From Lama guanicoe (Eukaryota), in NCBI GenBank assembly GCA_013239625.1, contig MU053513.1:392370-456369 (forward strand): a DNA stretch of 64,000 nucleotides. Reading direction: 5' to 3'. Below, piece by piece: positions 39,239-52,783 of the stretch. The position numbers were made by a program, and so were the translations under genes. Positions within the stretch are counted from its first letter, which is position 1. Every line of letters begins with the position of its first letter. The notes under the pieces are model-generated. The model did no database searches. It saw only the letters and a program-made list of their open reading frames with translations, and was not told the origin of the DNA.

Positions 39239-40196
39239 AGAAGTTTTAGGGCCCTTCTAATCCAGAGACTCCAAGATTCCCTTACACATTTTTGCAGAGT
39301 TCTCCTAGTGCTCACACATCTATCCATTTCTCTGAATGTCTTGCTGCATTATACAATTAAGCATCTTGAATTTATGCTGATGGTTATTATTCATTTTTAT
39401 TTCACTCTAGGAAATTTTAGCTGAGAACTCATGGTCTGCATTTTATAAGGGACATTTTATTATAATGAATTTAGGCATAGTGGAATTTAACGCTATTATA
39501 GTAACACCCTGATTAACCAGAATTTGTTCTGGTTAATTGCATTTTCTAATAATTACATTTTACAAGTGAATTCTACTCCTTTAAAATGTTGTCAAAATTC
39601 TTTTCTTTCTCAAATGCATTAGTTCATTTACTACTTTAATAAGTAAAACATAGGTGAAGATAATTGAATCTCTGTGATAATTGAGAATCTGGAAGTGCCT
39701 GGAGGGGTCTCATTTCAAAACTAAATTCTCATTGTAGGAGTATACTGTCTTAGAGAGATAGATGTAAAGATTAATAAAATTTGACTGACTGACTCCAGGA
39801 TTGAGCTAGAAAGCTAAAATTTTCACGAAACACACCACACACACACACACACATACACACACTCTGTTTCCTGTATTCTATGATATCCTTCTCAACTTCA
39901 AGATAAACCAAATAATTTTTGACTAGTTGAGGATTCAGTTTAATTGAATTCTATTGATTCAAGGCCTTGCTATGTTAAAAAAAATAAAAATAAGTTACTT
40001 CTCGCTTGAATTTTAATAATTCTTCTCAATTTCTCAGGGTAATTAAAAGCCTTGAACATCTGATATTGAACATCTGATATCTTCCTACGAGTCACATAAT
40101 TATATATGTGTGCATGCATATTGATTTATTTTTGCAATTATGGAATCTTTCATACATAGAAAAATATAGAGAAATGTATAAAAACACTAATGTAGC

Positions 40197-40735
40197 TGTT
40201 ACCCTAATAGGGGAAAGGAAAAGTCCTCAGTTCTTGTCTTACCCAAAAGGTAAGAATTCAGACAGGGGATGAAAGTGTTGTGTAGTGAAAGATTTTAAAG
40301 GTTTTATTAGCAAAGGGAAAGTGCACCTCCAAGAATGGGAGGTGGGCTAATCCAAGGGTGGACAGCAATGGTCTTTATCTGCCCCCTCCTCTTACGCCCT
40401 CACTTAGAGATGGTCTCTTGATTGATTGACAGCTCTTGCTCCTGCAGTGCTTAGTCACGCTCGTCCCCTTTTGCGCACGTCCTTTCCCATGATGCACACA
40501 GAGAAACCCACGGGGGAGCCTAAAGCGCAGTGCTGATTATAGTACAGTGAGCACTGGGTCACGCTTGCTTAGGTCCTTGTCAAACCACACAGCTGCGGCT
40601 GTCGGATTCTAACCGGTTTCTCACTTGCACTCATAGAGGAAATAAAAGCTCTTTATGCTGAAGGCGGGCACACTGCCGTCTTCCGGACCATCCTCCCTCT
40701 CTTGCCTAGTGCTCCACTCACCTAACTACCTAACA
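40197..40735 (-). mobile_element. Full-length ERV1-class solo LTR
   Basis: Inverted termini TGTTA...TAACA, 4-bp flanks tagc/tatc (TSD with one mismatch), AATAAA on the minus strand at ~40305, CpG-rich body. Confidence 0.85.
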
Positions 40736-41079
40736 TATCCATCTCTTAGCATAAAATTTTACATTTTGCCACAGTTAGAATTTTTAAAGAAAATATCACC
40801 TTTATTCCCTAAAGAGGTCTACCCTAAGTTAACTGTTAATCGTTCTAGGTTTTGATATATTTGCTATATGTGCATTTCTAATTTTAACATTTAATGTATG
40901 TATTTTGTATTTTATATGCTCCCTATATTTACATGATTTTGGAAATATGTATTATACACTTTCTAATTATTCTTATATACATATATACTTGTACTCACAT
41001 GTACCCTGTGTGCTTTATATATAGAATATACGGAATTATGTATATTTAAGGTTATTTTCATTGTTACCAAACTTCATGT

Positions 41080-41660
41080 GAATTATAAGTGATCTATAAT
41101 TTGCTTTTCTATTTTTGCACAAAATCAAGGTTTTATATAATATCCATTTGGTTTTTAAAATTCTAGCTCATTGATTACGGTGCTTTGTGATATTTAGTCA
41201 TGTGACTCTACAATTACTTATTTTCCAGTAGATAAACATTTTAATTATTAACCAATTCTTGCTATTATAAACAATGATGCATTAAATGTTCTTATACGTG
41301 TCTCCTTGTATAAATATAAGAAAGTTTCTTTAGAACATATGTGCAGAAATGAAATCTCTGGGTCCAAAGCTGCAGGCATCGTCCCTTGACTCCATAAGCC
41401 CAACAGTTCTCCAGGTAAACCAGACATGTCTGCATATATATTAACAAGGTTCTGTAGCTCCAAAACTTTGCAATGCTTATTATGGTGAGAATTTTATATT
41501 TTTGCTGATGTGATAAATTTATAAAAGTACTGGTTTGTAGGAATAACCTACATTTCTCTGTATATTCTTGTTTAACTCTTTAAATATTTATTTCTCCATT
41601 TAGCTTTCCTATTCTGTAAATTGTCTTTTCATGTCTTTTGCCTAATTTTCTTGGGCAAAA
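41080..41660 (-). mobile_element. Old L1M fragment
   Basis: ttgctattataaacaatgatgcattaaatgttctt...gtttctttagaacatatgtgcagaaatgaaat...tgtcctttgcctaatttt-like motifs. Confidence 0.7.
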
Positions 41661-41699
41661 GCATCAATTATTAGCTTAGTGGCACATTCTATTAGCAAG

Positions 41700-42560
41700 C
41701 AATGTCATACATTGATGCTGGGAGTGCAAAATGGCCCAGCCTCAACTGGGGGGAGGGGAGCTGACAATGTGTAGCAAAATCACATGTATTTCTACCCTTT
41801 AACTGAGCAATCCCATTTCTAGGAGTCTATCCTGAAGATAAACTGGTTAAACTATAAAAATGGACCACAATCTGTTATTTACAGAATATTTGTGTAACAG
41901 ATTTTGGAAATAATTCAAACATCCATCTGGCTGAACAAATGCCACCTACAGAATGGAGTACTGTGAAACTACAAAAATAATGAGAAATAAATTTAAATAC
42001 TTCATGAAATTATTATTAAGTTAAAAAAGGTGAAGATGAAAATTTTATAGTACACTATTGTGTTACCATTTACATATCATTTAAATGTATGTCTATATGT
42101 ACATATATACACCTCCTTCACATATATATATGTATGTGTGTATATATATATATGTATATGTCCTAGGCTTCTTTGAATATATCTTGTTTTTCAGATTTTA
42201 ATTTATAACCATATTTCAGGTAAAAGAAATTAAAATTAATTCTTATAAATTTAAATCAATAAAAGAAAATATGTCTATTAACTTTACTATGTATTGAGTC
42301 AGTGGCATAAACAGAGATGAATTATTTCAATTACTTATAGCTAAATAATTTGATTATACATAGATCCCTAGCAATACAGCAATATAACTAAAGAAGAAAA
42401 AGAAACCTAAAAAAAATTAAAATCAATCCTGTTGTTAGTAATAATATTGGTATTACTATATTGGAAATTTTATTTAATTTTAAATAATTAAATATAAATT
42501 GAATATATATTTGTATAAATGAATACAGATAATAAATGTAAGTGTATATAATTGATTTAA
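41700..42560 (+). mobile_element. Old L1M 3' fragment including a (TA/CA)n tract
   Basis: catacattgatgctgggagtgcaaaatgg...gcaatcccatttctaggagtctatcctgaaga...aatggagtactgtg. Confidence 0.7.
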
Positions 42561-42639
42561 TCATTAGAGCATGCTGTTTGCTATTATTTAATGTTGTTAT
42601 TAGAAAAGGAAAACAATTTTTAAGATGAATTTTCACATT

Positions 42640-43436
42640 CACTATTATATATGCAATGTCAATTTTAAGTGCACATATAAAAGTACTTAACTAATATGTC
42701 GAATCACCGAAAATACATATTTTGTATTTTGTTGCTTAGACAAGCATGTGTAGTTCATTGTCAACACAATAGTGAAAACGCTGCACAAAACTAACTGAAC
42801 TATTTTTATTTTACTTCTTGATGTGTGCACAATACATATTCCATCAGATCCTCTACCAGTGACTTACTACTGAGTAAGGAAGGACTAAAAGGAAAAGGAA
42901 GTATTGCTCCTTGTCTTTCCTTGTCTGTCATCAATATCAACATAAGTGATTGGTTAATATAGAGAAGTAACATGAGCAAGAAAGAATATAATAGAGTTCA
43001 TTGCACATGCGTATTTCTCAAAGTGCCATTGTTTTCTTTCTGCATTTGAAGCAACCTCTCGTTCAAATGCAAAGTGTGACCTCTCAGGAGTGTTATTTCC
43101 CCACTTACCCCGTCAGGAACCTAATGCACTTAATTCGTACTCATTTTGAGCCTTGCTGAACCCCCATGCATCCTGGATCCACCAGAATTCTGAGGTATTG
43201 GTGGAATATTGGAATCACATATGAAATTAGGACAACAATGCCAGCAGTGGTCAGGCATAGCATGTGTAGCGTCCCTTCTTAAATGTGCATTCCTTTATCC
43301 ATTAGACTTCATTCACAAAACACATGTTCAAAGATAAAATTATCTAGAATTCCAGGGCAGTGACAACAAAGCAATAAACTAGGCACAAAGCCCTTCTGAA
43401 CACAGGCCCAGGTTGGATGTCCATGAAGCCAGCCGA
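42640..43436. mobile_element. hAT-Tip100 DNA transposon (Zaphod/MER115-like)
   Basis: Terminal part cacaaaacacatgttcaaagataaaattatctagaattcc...gcccttctgaacacaggccc...ccatgaagccagcc; homologous to 6460-6595. Confidence 0.65.
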
Positions 43437-45109
43437 GCTTGCACCCATTCTCATCCAGCCTGAGCCCCAGATCTGTTACCGCAAAATGCAGCTAATTGTA
43501 TCTACTTCTAAGAATTAAGCTAAAAACTGGAACTAAAATTCTTATATGGTGCCTATAAATATATCTTATTATTATTAGATTCTTCTACAGTCAAGAGGAA
43601 GAAATTCAGTATAAAATCCGGGGTCATGAGGGTGATTTAGGTTGGGAATAAAAGAAGATTTCATTAGAAAGAGAAGATTGTAAATAAAAGACAGAGAATG
43701 ACTGATGGAGAAAGATTCAAGAAGATCAGAAGGAGTTAGTTCCATCAATTTAACATGAACTCTCCTTCCAGACAGGTCACAAGGAATTAGAGTGACCCCC
43801 AGTATCACCTGATCATTCTTTATTTCAATGAATCTTGCCCTCTCTGTAATTGCTAAGAAAATTTTTACCAGTAAGGAAACCAAAGATTATAAAAAAAACA
43901 TCAAAGATTGAATCCATGAAGATATTCAAATAGCAGATGAGACTTTCTCAGATTTTGTAAGGTTACATTTATGCTTGATTTTAAGACTTATTTTGTGTAT
44001 TAAAGCCCTATTTGATGATTTTTCTTTCTAAATTATATGTATATAACCTTCACTATAAAAACCTTTCTAATTTTCTGCAGTGTACTCATGAGAAAAATTC
44101 TTCTATGTATACCGAGAGAGGTATTTAAGTATGACATTTTAATGCAAAATGGACCACTGCAAAGTTTGGCATAATTTGATTACCAGATTGAGTAGATCTT
44201 AATATAACATGTTGTAGGAGGACTTGCATGCCCCTGGAATACTGGTAACAAGGAGAAAATAATTTATGAGAAAAACTGAAAAAAAAGTTCTAGCTCATTT
44301 GACATTTTTATTTCTGAAATTTTGAATCTTTTTAATTTTCTTTATAAGTCTTTCATGCCACTATAGAATGATTAAGACGTGGTTTCCTTTCCCTCCCCCA
44401 GCCTTTGGATAGCAGATAAAGAACTGCCCATATTCCCTGCACATTTTGACCTGCAAAACAATCAAAAATGAGGTGCTGGTATTGTTTGAAAGCAGAGACA
44501 CAGATGACTCCAGCATAATAGATTAGAGAAGGTGGTATAAAGGTAGAACACAATAAAGAAGAAAGGCCGGTGGTGGCAGTTAAGAGCACGGCTAAAACGA
44601 ATCCATGTCCAAAATGTACAACATGTTGGGATGAAGCTATTGAACATGATATAAAAATCAGAGCACTAACAGTAAAAACAGAAAGTCATAGAATTTCAGA
44701 AACTAAAACAGGAAGGGTTTTAGATGTTATCTCACAGAAAGTTCCAGTGCCTCTGAAGATCTTGATAGGTCTTCTATGACTAAAAAGATGCCCCACTGTG
44801 AAATAATGTTTGGCAAATTTATTCTTAACAAAATTAATGAGTGTTCTTTCCTGCAAGATTTGTAAGAGATTAAAATACACAAATGAGTATCAGGGCTTTT
44901 GAAATATGGGTCACAAGAAACATTTTCCACCCTTGTTAGTCCTTCGGGTCCCCTTTTTGCTTATGAGACAGACACATTAAGTTTTGAAGAACCCATTTCC
45001 CATGATGTAGTTGGCAAACACTGATCATTTCACGTGATCCTGAGGTGAGTAAGTGATTTTCCTAAAATCACACAAATAATTAATGGCTGTGAGAGAGGGA
45101 CAAAGCATT

Positions 45110-45620
45110 TAACAATGAAGGACGCAACTTCTATATGCCAAGCATTTGACATGCGTCTTATTTAATTTTCATGACAACTCGAAATGACAGGCATTATTAT
45201 CCCCATTAGAAATGAAGAAAGACAGTCCAAGAAGGGAAATAATTTAGTCATAAAGCTGCAAAGTAGAACAACCTTCATTTTGGTTCCAAAAGCTGATAAT
45301 GTACTCTTTCCACTTCAAAATATAAAACAAGATTTTTATTCAATTATTAATCTCAAATGTATATTTAGCTAAGACTCTTAAATGTTTATTAAAAAGTAAT
45401 AGCTAATAATTAGTAATACTATAGTTCTTACTAACTGCCAGGTACTATTCTAATAATTTTAATGATATATATTCTACGTAATGTAATATAACAACACGGT
45501 GAGGTTAAGTACTACAAAAGACAGACCAGGTAACTTGTCCAAGGTCCACAGTTCATATATACTGGAGCTGTTATTTGAACCCAGATGTTGTGTTCCCAAA
45601 TCCAAAATACATAATGTGTC
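45110..45620 (-). mobile_element. Two MIR fragments
   Basis: atatgccaagc...attattatccccattagaaatgaagaaa; tgccaggtactattct...taacttgtccaaggtc...atttgaacccag. Confidence 0.7.
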
Positions 45621-46535
45621 CTAAGGAAATAATATTTTTAAAAAGAAAACTTGAAAAATGAAACGTCATACTTTGTGGAAAATAACCAAAATAATCATTC
45701 TATAAATTTTTATAACACCTGCTATGTCCCAGGCATTGTTCACAATATTAGGGATATATAGTGCTGAACTAGACATAGTTCCTTTTCCTCATGGAACTAT
45801 TTTATTTTTACATTTTCATCAGGGAAAGGGTCAATTTTAAATAAAATAAGTAGATATTGAGATAAAGACTAAGAAAAAATAAAACAGATAAATAAAATAA
45901 AAAGAAAGTATGCCAGTGTGGAAGCGGTGACCACTCTAGTTCATTGGGTTGGGTAGCAGATGCCGCACTGACACCGAGACCTGAATGAGGAGGACTCCAG
46001 GTGAAGGTTTGGGAGGAGAGCCAGTGCAGGAAAGCTGCTTCAGGAAAGCCCTGCAGTGGGTCAGCAAGTTGTCATTAGACCATGACAGCTGGGACTTTTT
46101 CCTAAATGAAGTAAGAAGCTTTTCCAGGGTTGTAGGAAGAGAAAATTTGGCTTATTTTCTCTGCCCATATCTGCTGGGCCTGACTGTTTAAATCTTCTTC
46201 AGCTGATTTCCAATGGCCGCTGTCTCTACCTCTTTGCCTGGGGCTTGCTCTGAACCTCTGGAAGGTTGATCTGCTATCGCACAAGAAAGAAAAAGTGTTG
46301 AAAATTCACCCTAAGGCAATGACTGCTGTATATACAACTACCCTGGCTCTTTCACCTTCCTGGCAGAATAACTCTAAAAAGCCATTGTCCCAGAATTTCT
46401 CAGGAAAATTAAGCTTTCAGAAGCCGAGGAGGTAGCTGGCTTAGTGACATTCTTTATTGGCTGTGTTGCTTCCTCTTTTCACTTCTCCACTCCCATCCCA
46501 AATATTGTTTTCCTTCCAAAACAAGATTCTCAGGC

Positions 46536-46764
46536 AGGGAGGGAATAGCTCAGTGGAAGAGTGCTTGCCTAACATACATGAGGTCCTGGGTTCGATCCCC
46601 GGTACCTCCATGAAAAGAATAAGTTAACCCTAATCACCTCCCCTTGAAGTAGGGGGAGGGTGTAGCTCAGTGGTAGAGTGTGTGCGCAGCATGCACGAGG
46701 TCCTGCGTTCAATCCCTAGTACTTCCATTAAATAAACAAACAAACCTAATTACCTCCCCTCCAC
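46536..46764 (+). mobile_element. Head-to-tail dimer of Vic-1-like tRNA SINEs under a single 14-bp TSD
   Basis: Monomers at ~46536-46645 and ~46651-46764, each with A/B boxes; identical caagattctcaggc at 46522-46535 and 46765-46778. Confidence 0.93.
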
Positions 46765-46829
46765 CAAGATTCTCAGGCGTGAGTCTCTGTCTAGTGTCTA
46801 CTTCTGGTAGGAACCAAGCTAAAGCAACT

Positions 46830-47720
46830 TTGATTTATATACTAGAGGGATCACTTTGGCTGTTGGGTGCAGAAAGAATGAAAGCAAGGAAACCAGTAAT
46901 GGACTGTTTCAGTGGTTCAAGTGAAAGATGACAGTGCTTAAATTAAGAAGTGGAGATGGAGGAAAGTGGATTTATTGAAAACACACTTTGAGGTTAGAGG
47001 TGACAGAAATGGTGGATACAGTATCTATGAATGTGGTAGAAGAAAAGATACAAGAAATACTCCTAGATCTTTGGCTAGAGCTGTGTTGGTGACACCAGGT
47101 ACTGAAGTGAGAGATTTGGAGGCTATAAGGTCTGGAGAATGAATTAATATTCTATTTGGAAAATGCTATTTGTGATCAGACTATTAGGCATCTCAACAGT
47201 GAAGCTGTGTAGACAGATTTTTGAGTTTGCTGGTGTTGGAGAGGAGGAGAGATGAGGATGGTTAGTTATCAATGCCTAACTGGTATTTAACTTCTTGGGA
47301 CTACATGAGATCAACCAGAAAGAATAAACAGAGGAGTCTTTTCAGAACAGAGCTCTGATGCACAAAATTTTAGAAGCATGGCCAGAAAATTAATTAAAGC
47401 TAACATAAACAGATTGTAAAAACATCCAAAGAGTGAAAGAAAGGGAGGCAAGAGCAAGGACTGCAAGGAAGTTTAAACAAAAGAATTCACGAGACCCGGC
47501 ATCCTGGACTTGCCATATGGTGCTGACAATTCAGGGAATGGAAGACAGAAAACGGACCTCTGTATCTGGTAACACAGACGTCTTTGATGACTTGACAAGT
47601 GTTATTTTGGTAAGCTGAGAGGAACAGACCTTAATGAAGGGAACAAGGAAGAGAAATGAAGGTGGGAAGACTGATGATAAATCATAGACAAGTTAGCGAT
47701 TGTAAAGAGGTTTTTTTGAG
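46830..47720 (-). mobile_element. LINE-2 fragment
   Basis: gatcactttggctg...gcaaggaaaccagt...ggagatggaggaaagtggattt...ttcttgggactacatgagatc. Confidence 0.65.
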
Positions 47721-47871
47721 ATAAATTGAAAAAAGATATCAGTATTTGAACACAAACAAATGTTCTACCCAGTCCACCTCCCCGTTCCCAGTGATATAAA
47801 AACATGTCTGTATGCTGATAGAATGAAATCATGGAGAAGAAATTTTGATTTTTTTTGGCAGTTTGTTCAGC

Positions 47872-47888
47872 ACACACAGGGGCACACA

Positions 47889-47919
<31 letters not shown>
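47872..47919 (+). repeat. (CA)n microsatellite
   Basis: Direct reading. Confidence 0.95.
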
Positions 47920-49499
47920 GTGCACTTACAATGTGTCCAAAGAGCGGAAGTGTCTTGATTATATAATTTGTCTGAATGTTAAAAAACTGAGTGTTAAAGT
48001 CAATATTGGGCTAAAACTGAGACTGAACCCCAATATCTCTCCTGTTTAATGACCACCTATGATTCACAAATAAATAATACATTACGTTTAAAATTATGTA
48101 TTAATCCTATTTTATTTAAAAATGATACCAGATAAATTTAAGTTTGAAAGTATATTGTGGAACAACTATTTCTCACCACTTTCAGTGCCTAATTTCCTCT
48201 GAGGTCACTAAACCACTCATCGCAGTACTAAATACACTCTCATTTTCAGATGGTGCATGTGGAATAGCACTTACATTTTGGGCAAAGCCAAATGTTTTAA
48301 TTCAGAAAAAAATGTTATTCTATTATTATCCTCTTTAAAAGATTCTTTTTTTATCTAGGATTCGTAGCATGAGCAATTCTCAAAAATCTTTTGTCTTCAA
48401 CTAATATGAACAGTTGTCGGATTATAAAAATCATGACAACAAGCTTTTGTTTAAATTTTTAGCCTCCATAAACCCCAAACTAAGAGAGATTGTCTTTTTA
48501 AAGCATTCTTGTAAAGTCTGTTGTTTTGAAATTTGATTAGTGAGAACAATACTTGTTTTGAGTACCTCAATTTTCTTTAACATTCTCCTCTTTTGTTCAT
48601 GTTTCTCATATAATTATAGTACCTGTCTAAGATGATTTTTCATGGAAGTTGCACGGTAGGACATGATTTTGTAGTTTTTCTGTTTGTGTGGTAAAATGTT
48701 GAGGTGACAGAATAGGTATTCTGATTTTAATTCAACCTCACAAGGTCTAAAAAATCCACAAACAAAACACGAATTTTTCATGGTAGAAAGGTGTGAGATA
48801 AATGGAATTAACTAACAATGAAATACTTCTTAAAACTTCATTTTGTTTAATATTATAAATGCATGCAGACCAAATGACCCTATAAGATTAATATTACATT
48901 ATGTAATATCTATTATTTTCCTTGAATTATTGTTTAAGCTGTATAAAGAATCACTTGATTCAAAAATATGTAATGGCCTTTCTATATTAATTTTAGCATA
49001 TGCACTCACTTTTACTATTTATACTAACTCACTATTTCCTTTCTTATGCAACTACTTGTGAATTCTTGATGAAGTTTCATATATGTGTGTATATGCATGT
49101 TTAAGTTACAAATTATTTTGCATATTTCTAGCTTCAGATCAGCTCTCACCATCAAAACATGTATGTTGATCACCTACGCTGTGCAAGGCATGTTTTCCAT
49201 GCCCAGCAATGAACTCAAAATACATTTTATTTTATAATACATAATCATAGAATTTGATCCTGAGGATCTCTGAAAATTCCTCTTCTCATTCTACTTTGCA
49301 GATTTTTAAAGAAAAAAAAATAGAAAAGATGGCCATAATGTAAACAAGCAGCTTATAAAATTCTAGTGGAAGGAAAATTCAATAGATTGGCTCAACTTCT
49401 TAACCAACTGATTCAACAATCTCCTTAACATAGGCAAGGAGGTAGAAATAAGGGTAAATGGCTGTTTTGTTTTCTCTGGGATCTTTGCTATCTGCTTTC

Positions 49500-49940
49500 T
49501 TCCTTTTTCTGACCTACTCTGGGACCTGGAAGGCTGGCCTTTATCCACAGTTTCAACTGGGCTTCTTTGCCCTTTCGTTTCTATTTGGATTTGGCTTATA
49601 AAAAGCACTGGAAGGGAGAGGTAAATGGAAGGAGAGAGAGATGGTGGGCTGTTTAGTCCCCCTGCTGATTCTCAAGTTGATAACTGTATTTTCTACAAAA
49701 TTCCATAGCTCCTGTCTGATAGTCATCTCCTGTGACTACAGGTTTAAATGGGTTCCTAAAGTGACTCCCTTATCTCAGGCCCAGAAGGCTCCTCATTCTT
49801 GCTTTTCTTGGGGAGCTCTATCAGCCTCTGTTGATTGCCTTTAACCCATCCAAATGTTATATATTGTCTCTCACTAGACTTTCTTCAAATATCCTATTTA
49901 AATGTGCCATCTCTTTTCTGCTGAGACCCTGATTGATACA
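49500..49940 (+). mobile_element. ERVL LTR (LTR33-like)
   Basis: ctttgccctttcgtttctatttggatttggc...gcactggaagggagag...; 3' end tgtgccatctcttttctgctgagaccctgattgataCA. Confidence 0.7.
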
Positions 49941-50995
49941 ATTATTGGAGCTAGAAATGATCAGAGGAAATAGTACTTCAAAATGTGATTCTGGGATGAA
50001 AACATAGTATCAGTAATTTATGGCATTGGGTAGCATCAAAATTACTCAGAGTTCTCTGGTACTGATACAGCATCACATGCATATAGAAGGCAGGGCATCG
50101 GAAGAACAAATGGTTTGGTGAAGAACATAGTGACAGGACCCTGATTTCCAGAAATATAAAACACAGCCATGGTCCTACAGTCAGCGTGAGCAGGCCTGGA
50201 AGTCAGGTGATAGATAAAGCATCATCCTCAGGTTGCCTAAAGTATAGTTAGTGCTACCACATATCATACCGTCATACCATGTTTATGTCTTCAGTCTCAG
50301 AACGTAGAATCTTAATAGCTGAATTTCAGCAGTGGTACTTTGGCCCATGAAGTAAGAACCACAATTGTTTGAAAGACTAATGAAGCGCTTAGAGCTTCAC
50401 ACCTGCCATTCTCTCCCACATCTAAATAGTTAAACCATACAACATCCTTGAAGGATTTCAGAAATTAGTGCTACTAACAAAGACTTGACAAGTGGAGGCT
50501 GGGAATTACTTCCACATTCCAGTTTTACTTCTCATTTTACCAGTGTATGAGCCAGTTAAGTTTTTTTGTTTTTGTTTAAATGTACCATTTTTTTTTCATT
50601 TAATTGAATTTGAACTTGAGTAAGGCATCAAGACACTCTGTGAGCCTGTAGCCAGTAAGGCAGATGAAGAGCCAGTGAGGGTTTGAAGAATGACTTTGGG
50701 TTATTGACAATTTTATCAGATAATGATACCAGCCACAGTTGCCTTAGTGGTATCTTTCTTATATTAACAAAACCTACGGTGCCTGCTATAAGGTTACTGA
50801 TGAGGCAAACACCCCTTCTCTACTTCTGCCCAACCCCTACCTCCGAAGACATGCCAAGGACAGCAGTACACCTTCACTACTCGGAAATAGATTAGCTATC
50901 CTGCAATAGATCACATGTAATCAATTAGCAACTATTTAATTATCTTAATATCCCAGAAAATATTCAACTAGTACATTACATTGGTGGCTTTCTCT
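49941..50995 (+). mobile_element. Degenerate ERVL internal sequence with pol/reverse-transcriptase remnants
   Basis: Fragments translate as EISATNKDL (50461), GQQYTFT (50858) and YLNIPENIQLVHYIGGF (50941-50991), collinear with ERVL RT ISATIKDL / GQQYTFT / LVHYIDD. Confidence 0.75.
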
Positions 50996-51557
50996 AAAAA
51001 TGACTGTTTTCCATCCAGTAAATCTGCCTCCTCTTGGATAGCACTGCCTCTTAGAGAAATGCACATGCTCTGCACATATGTTCGAGAGCTACATATTTGA
51101 CTCCTCTAAGTCAGAATAATTTTCGACCCCAGAAACTATTGTCCCTCAGTTCTCAAAAGATTCTAATTCCCTCTTCTTCTTTTTCTAATTATTATGGCTG
51201 AAATCCCACAATGTTTGACACACAAAGCTAGAAACCAAATACAGTGATTCTTCTTTAAGTCACTCTCTTCCATTTTAATTTGTATATGTCTTATTCTAAA
51301 TTCATTTTTATCTAAGATGCAGAGGGAATTTGAACTGTGGAGCAGGAAATGGCTTTAATTGAATGTAAATCTTGATTGAAATATATTAACTTACATTAAT
51401 AATAGTAACAATATCTAGCATGTATCTAGTGCTTAAAATTTGCCAGGCATTGTTCTTTATGTTTGTTTGTGTGTTTCCTTTAATAATCATAAAATCTAGG
51501 ACATTAATATTCTTAAAACTCACTTTTGTATGGATGAGAAAACGGAGGTATAAAGTA

Positions 51558-51953
51558 ACTATAATGGGTTGAAGTGTGTCTCCTCTCCAAGTTCACAATG
51601 GGTTGAAGTTCTACCCTCCAGTATCTCAGAATGTGCTTGTATTTGGAAATAGGAAATCACCTTTAAAGAAATAATGAAGGTTACATGAGGTCAGATGGGT
51701 GGACCTCTGTCCAATACAACTGGTATCCTTGTAAGAAGGGAGGTTAGGACACAGATACACACATGAGGAAGATTATATGAGAACACGGGAAGAAGACAAG
51801 CATTTACAAGCCGAGAGGAAAAGCCTTAGCAGAAATTAACCCTGCCACAACTTGACCTAGACCTCTAGCCTCTACAAGTGTCAGGAAATAATTTCTGTTG
51901 TTTAAACCATCAGTCTGTGGTACTTCATGAGGGCTGTTGTAGCAAATTAGTAA
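51558..51953 (+). mobile_element. MLT1B-like MaLR solo LTR nested in a MIR (~51400-51557 and ~51954-52010)
   Basis: tctcagaatgtg...atttggaaatagg...tccaatacaactggtatccttgtaagaagg...atttctgttgtttaaaccatcagtctgtggtactt. Confidence 0.9.
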
Positions 51954-52319
51954 GTGCTTTTCCCAAGTTCACCCAGTTAGTAAATGGCAGAGGTGGGATA
52001 TAAATCAGAAAATTAATTTAAGTCTCCATTAGAAGAAACTCGTCTGTGACCTTTCACTGGTGTGAGTTCAATTGACAACTGTGAGGAGAAGATGGAGCTA
52101 AGAAGATGGCCTGAAATCGGAAAGTTCCCTGAGCCTTGCTAAGTCTTAGATGGCATGTTCCTTCTCACAGTCTTACGTTATCACAGGTTAATTTATTTAC
52201 AAATCCATTTCTCTATCATGAACATTTTGCTTAAATATTTTGCATGCTTCAAATTATCTAACCTTCTGTATATGTTCTTTCCTTCTTGTGTGTCTTTCTT
52301 TCTTCTTGTCTTAAATCTT

Positions 52320-52783
52320 TGTATTAAATTATTAATGCTGCTGTAACAAAATATTATGAACTGGGTGTTTTAAAACAAGAGAAATGTATTTTCTTACCGT
52401 TCTAAGGGCTATAAAGCTGTAATTGAGGTACAGATAGGACCATGCTCTCTCAGAAGACTCTGGGGAGGAGATTTCCTTGCCTCATCCTACTTTCCAATGG
52501 TTGCTGGCAATTCTCAGTGTTGACGCCTTGTGGCAGCATGGCTTCTACCTCTGCCTCCATCTTTATATGACCCACTTCCCTCCATGCAAGTCTCTGCATC
52601 CACATTTCCACCTTCTTTTTAGAACATCAGCCATTGGAATTGGAACACACTGCCCTAATCCAGTATGACTTCATCTTAAAAATATCTACAAAGACCCTAT
52701 TTCTAAACAGTGCCATATTCACAGGTACTGGAGGTTAGGACTTGAACATATTGGGCTGGAGGGACACGATTTAACTCACAACA
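52320..52783 (-). mobile_element. MLT1C-like MaLR solo LTR
   Basis: TGTATT...gctgctgtaacaaaa...ctaatccagtatgacttcatcttaa...attcacaggtactggaggttaggacttgaacata...tcacaaCA. Confidence 0.88.

Noticed and set aside
40052..40079. 14-bp tandem duplication ttgaacatctgata x2 (similar micro-duplications at ~20009-20047 and ~51563-51610)
   Set aside because: Ordinary slippage duplications with no sign of function.
45041..45054. Strong donor-like GAG|GTGAGT
   Set aside because: Sits in MIR-like sequence with no convincing upstream acceptor.
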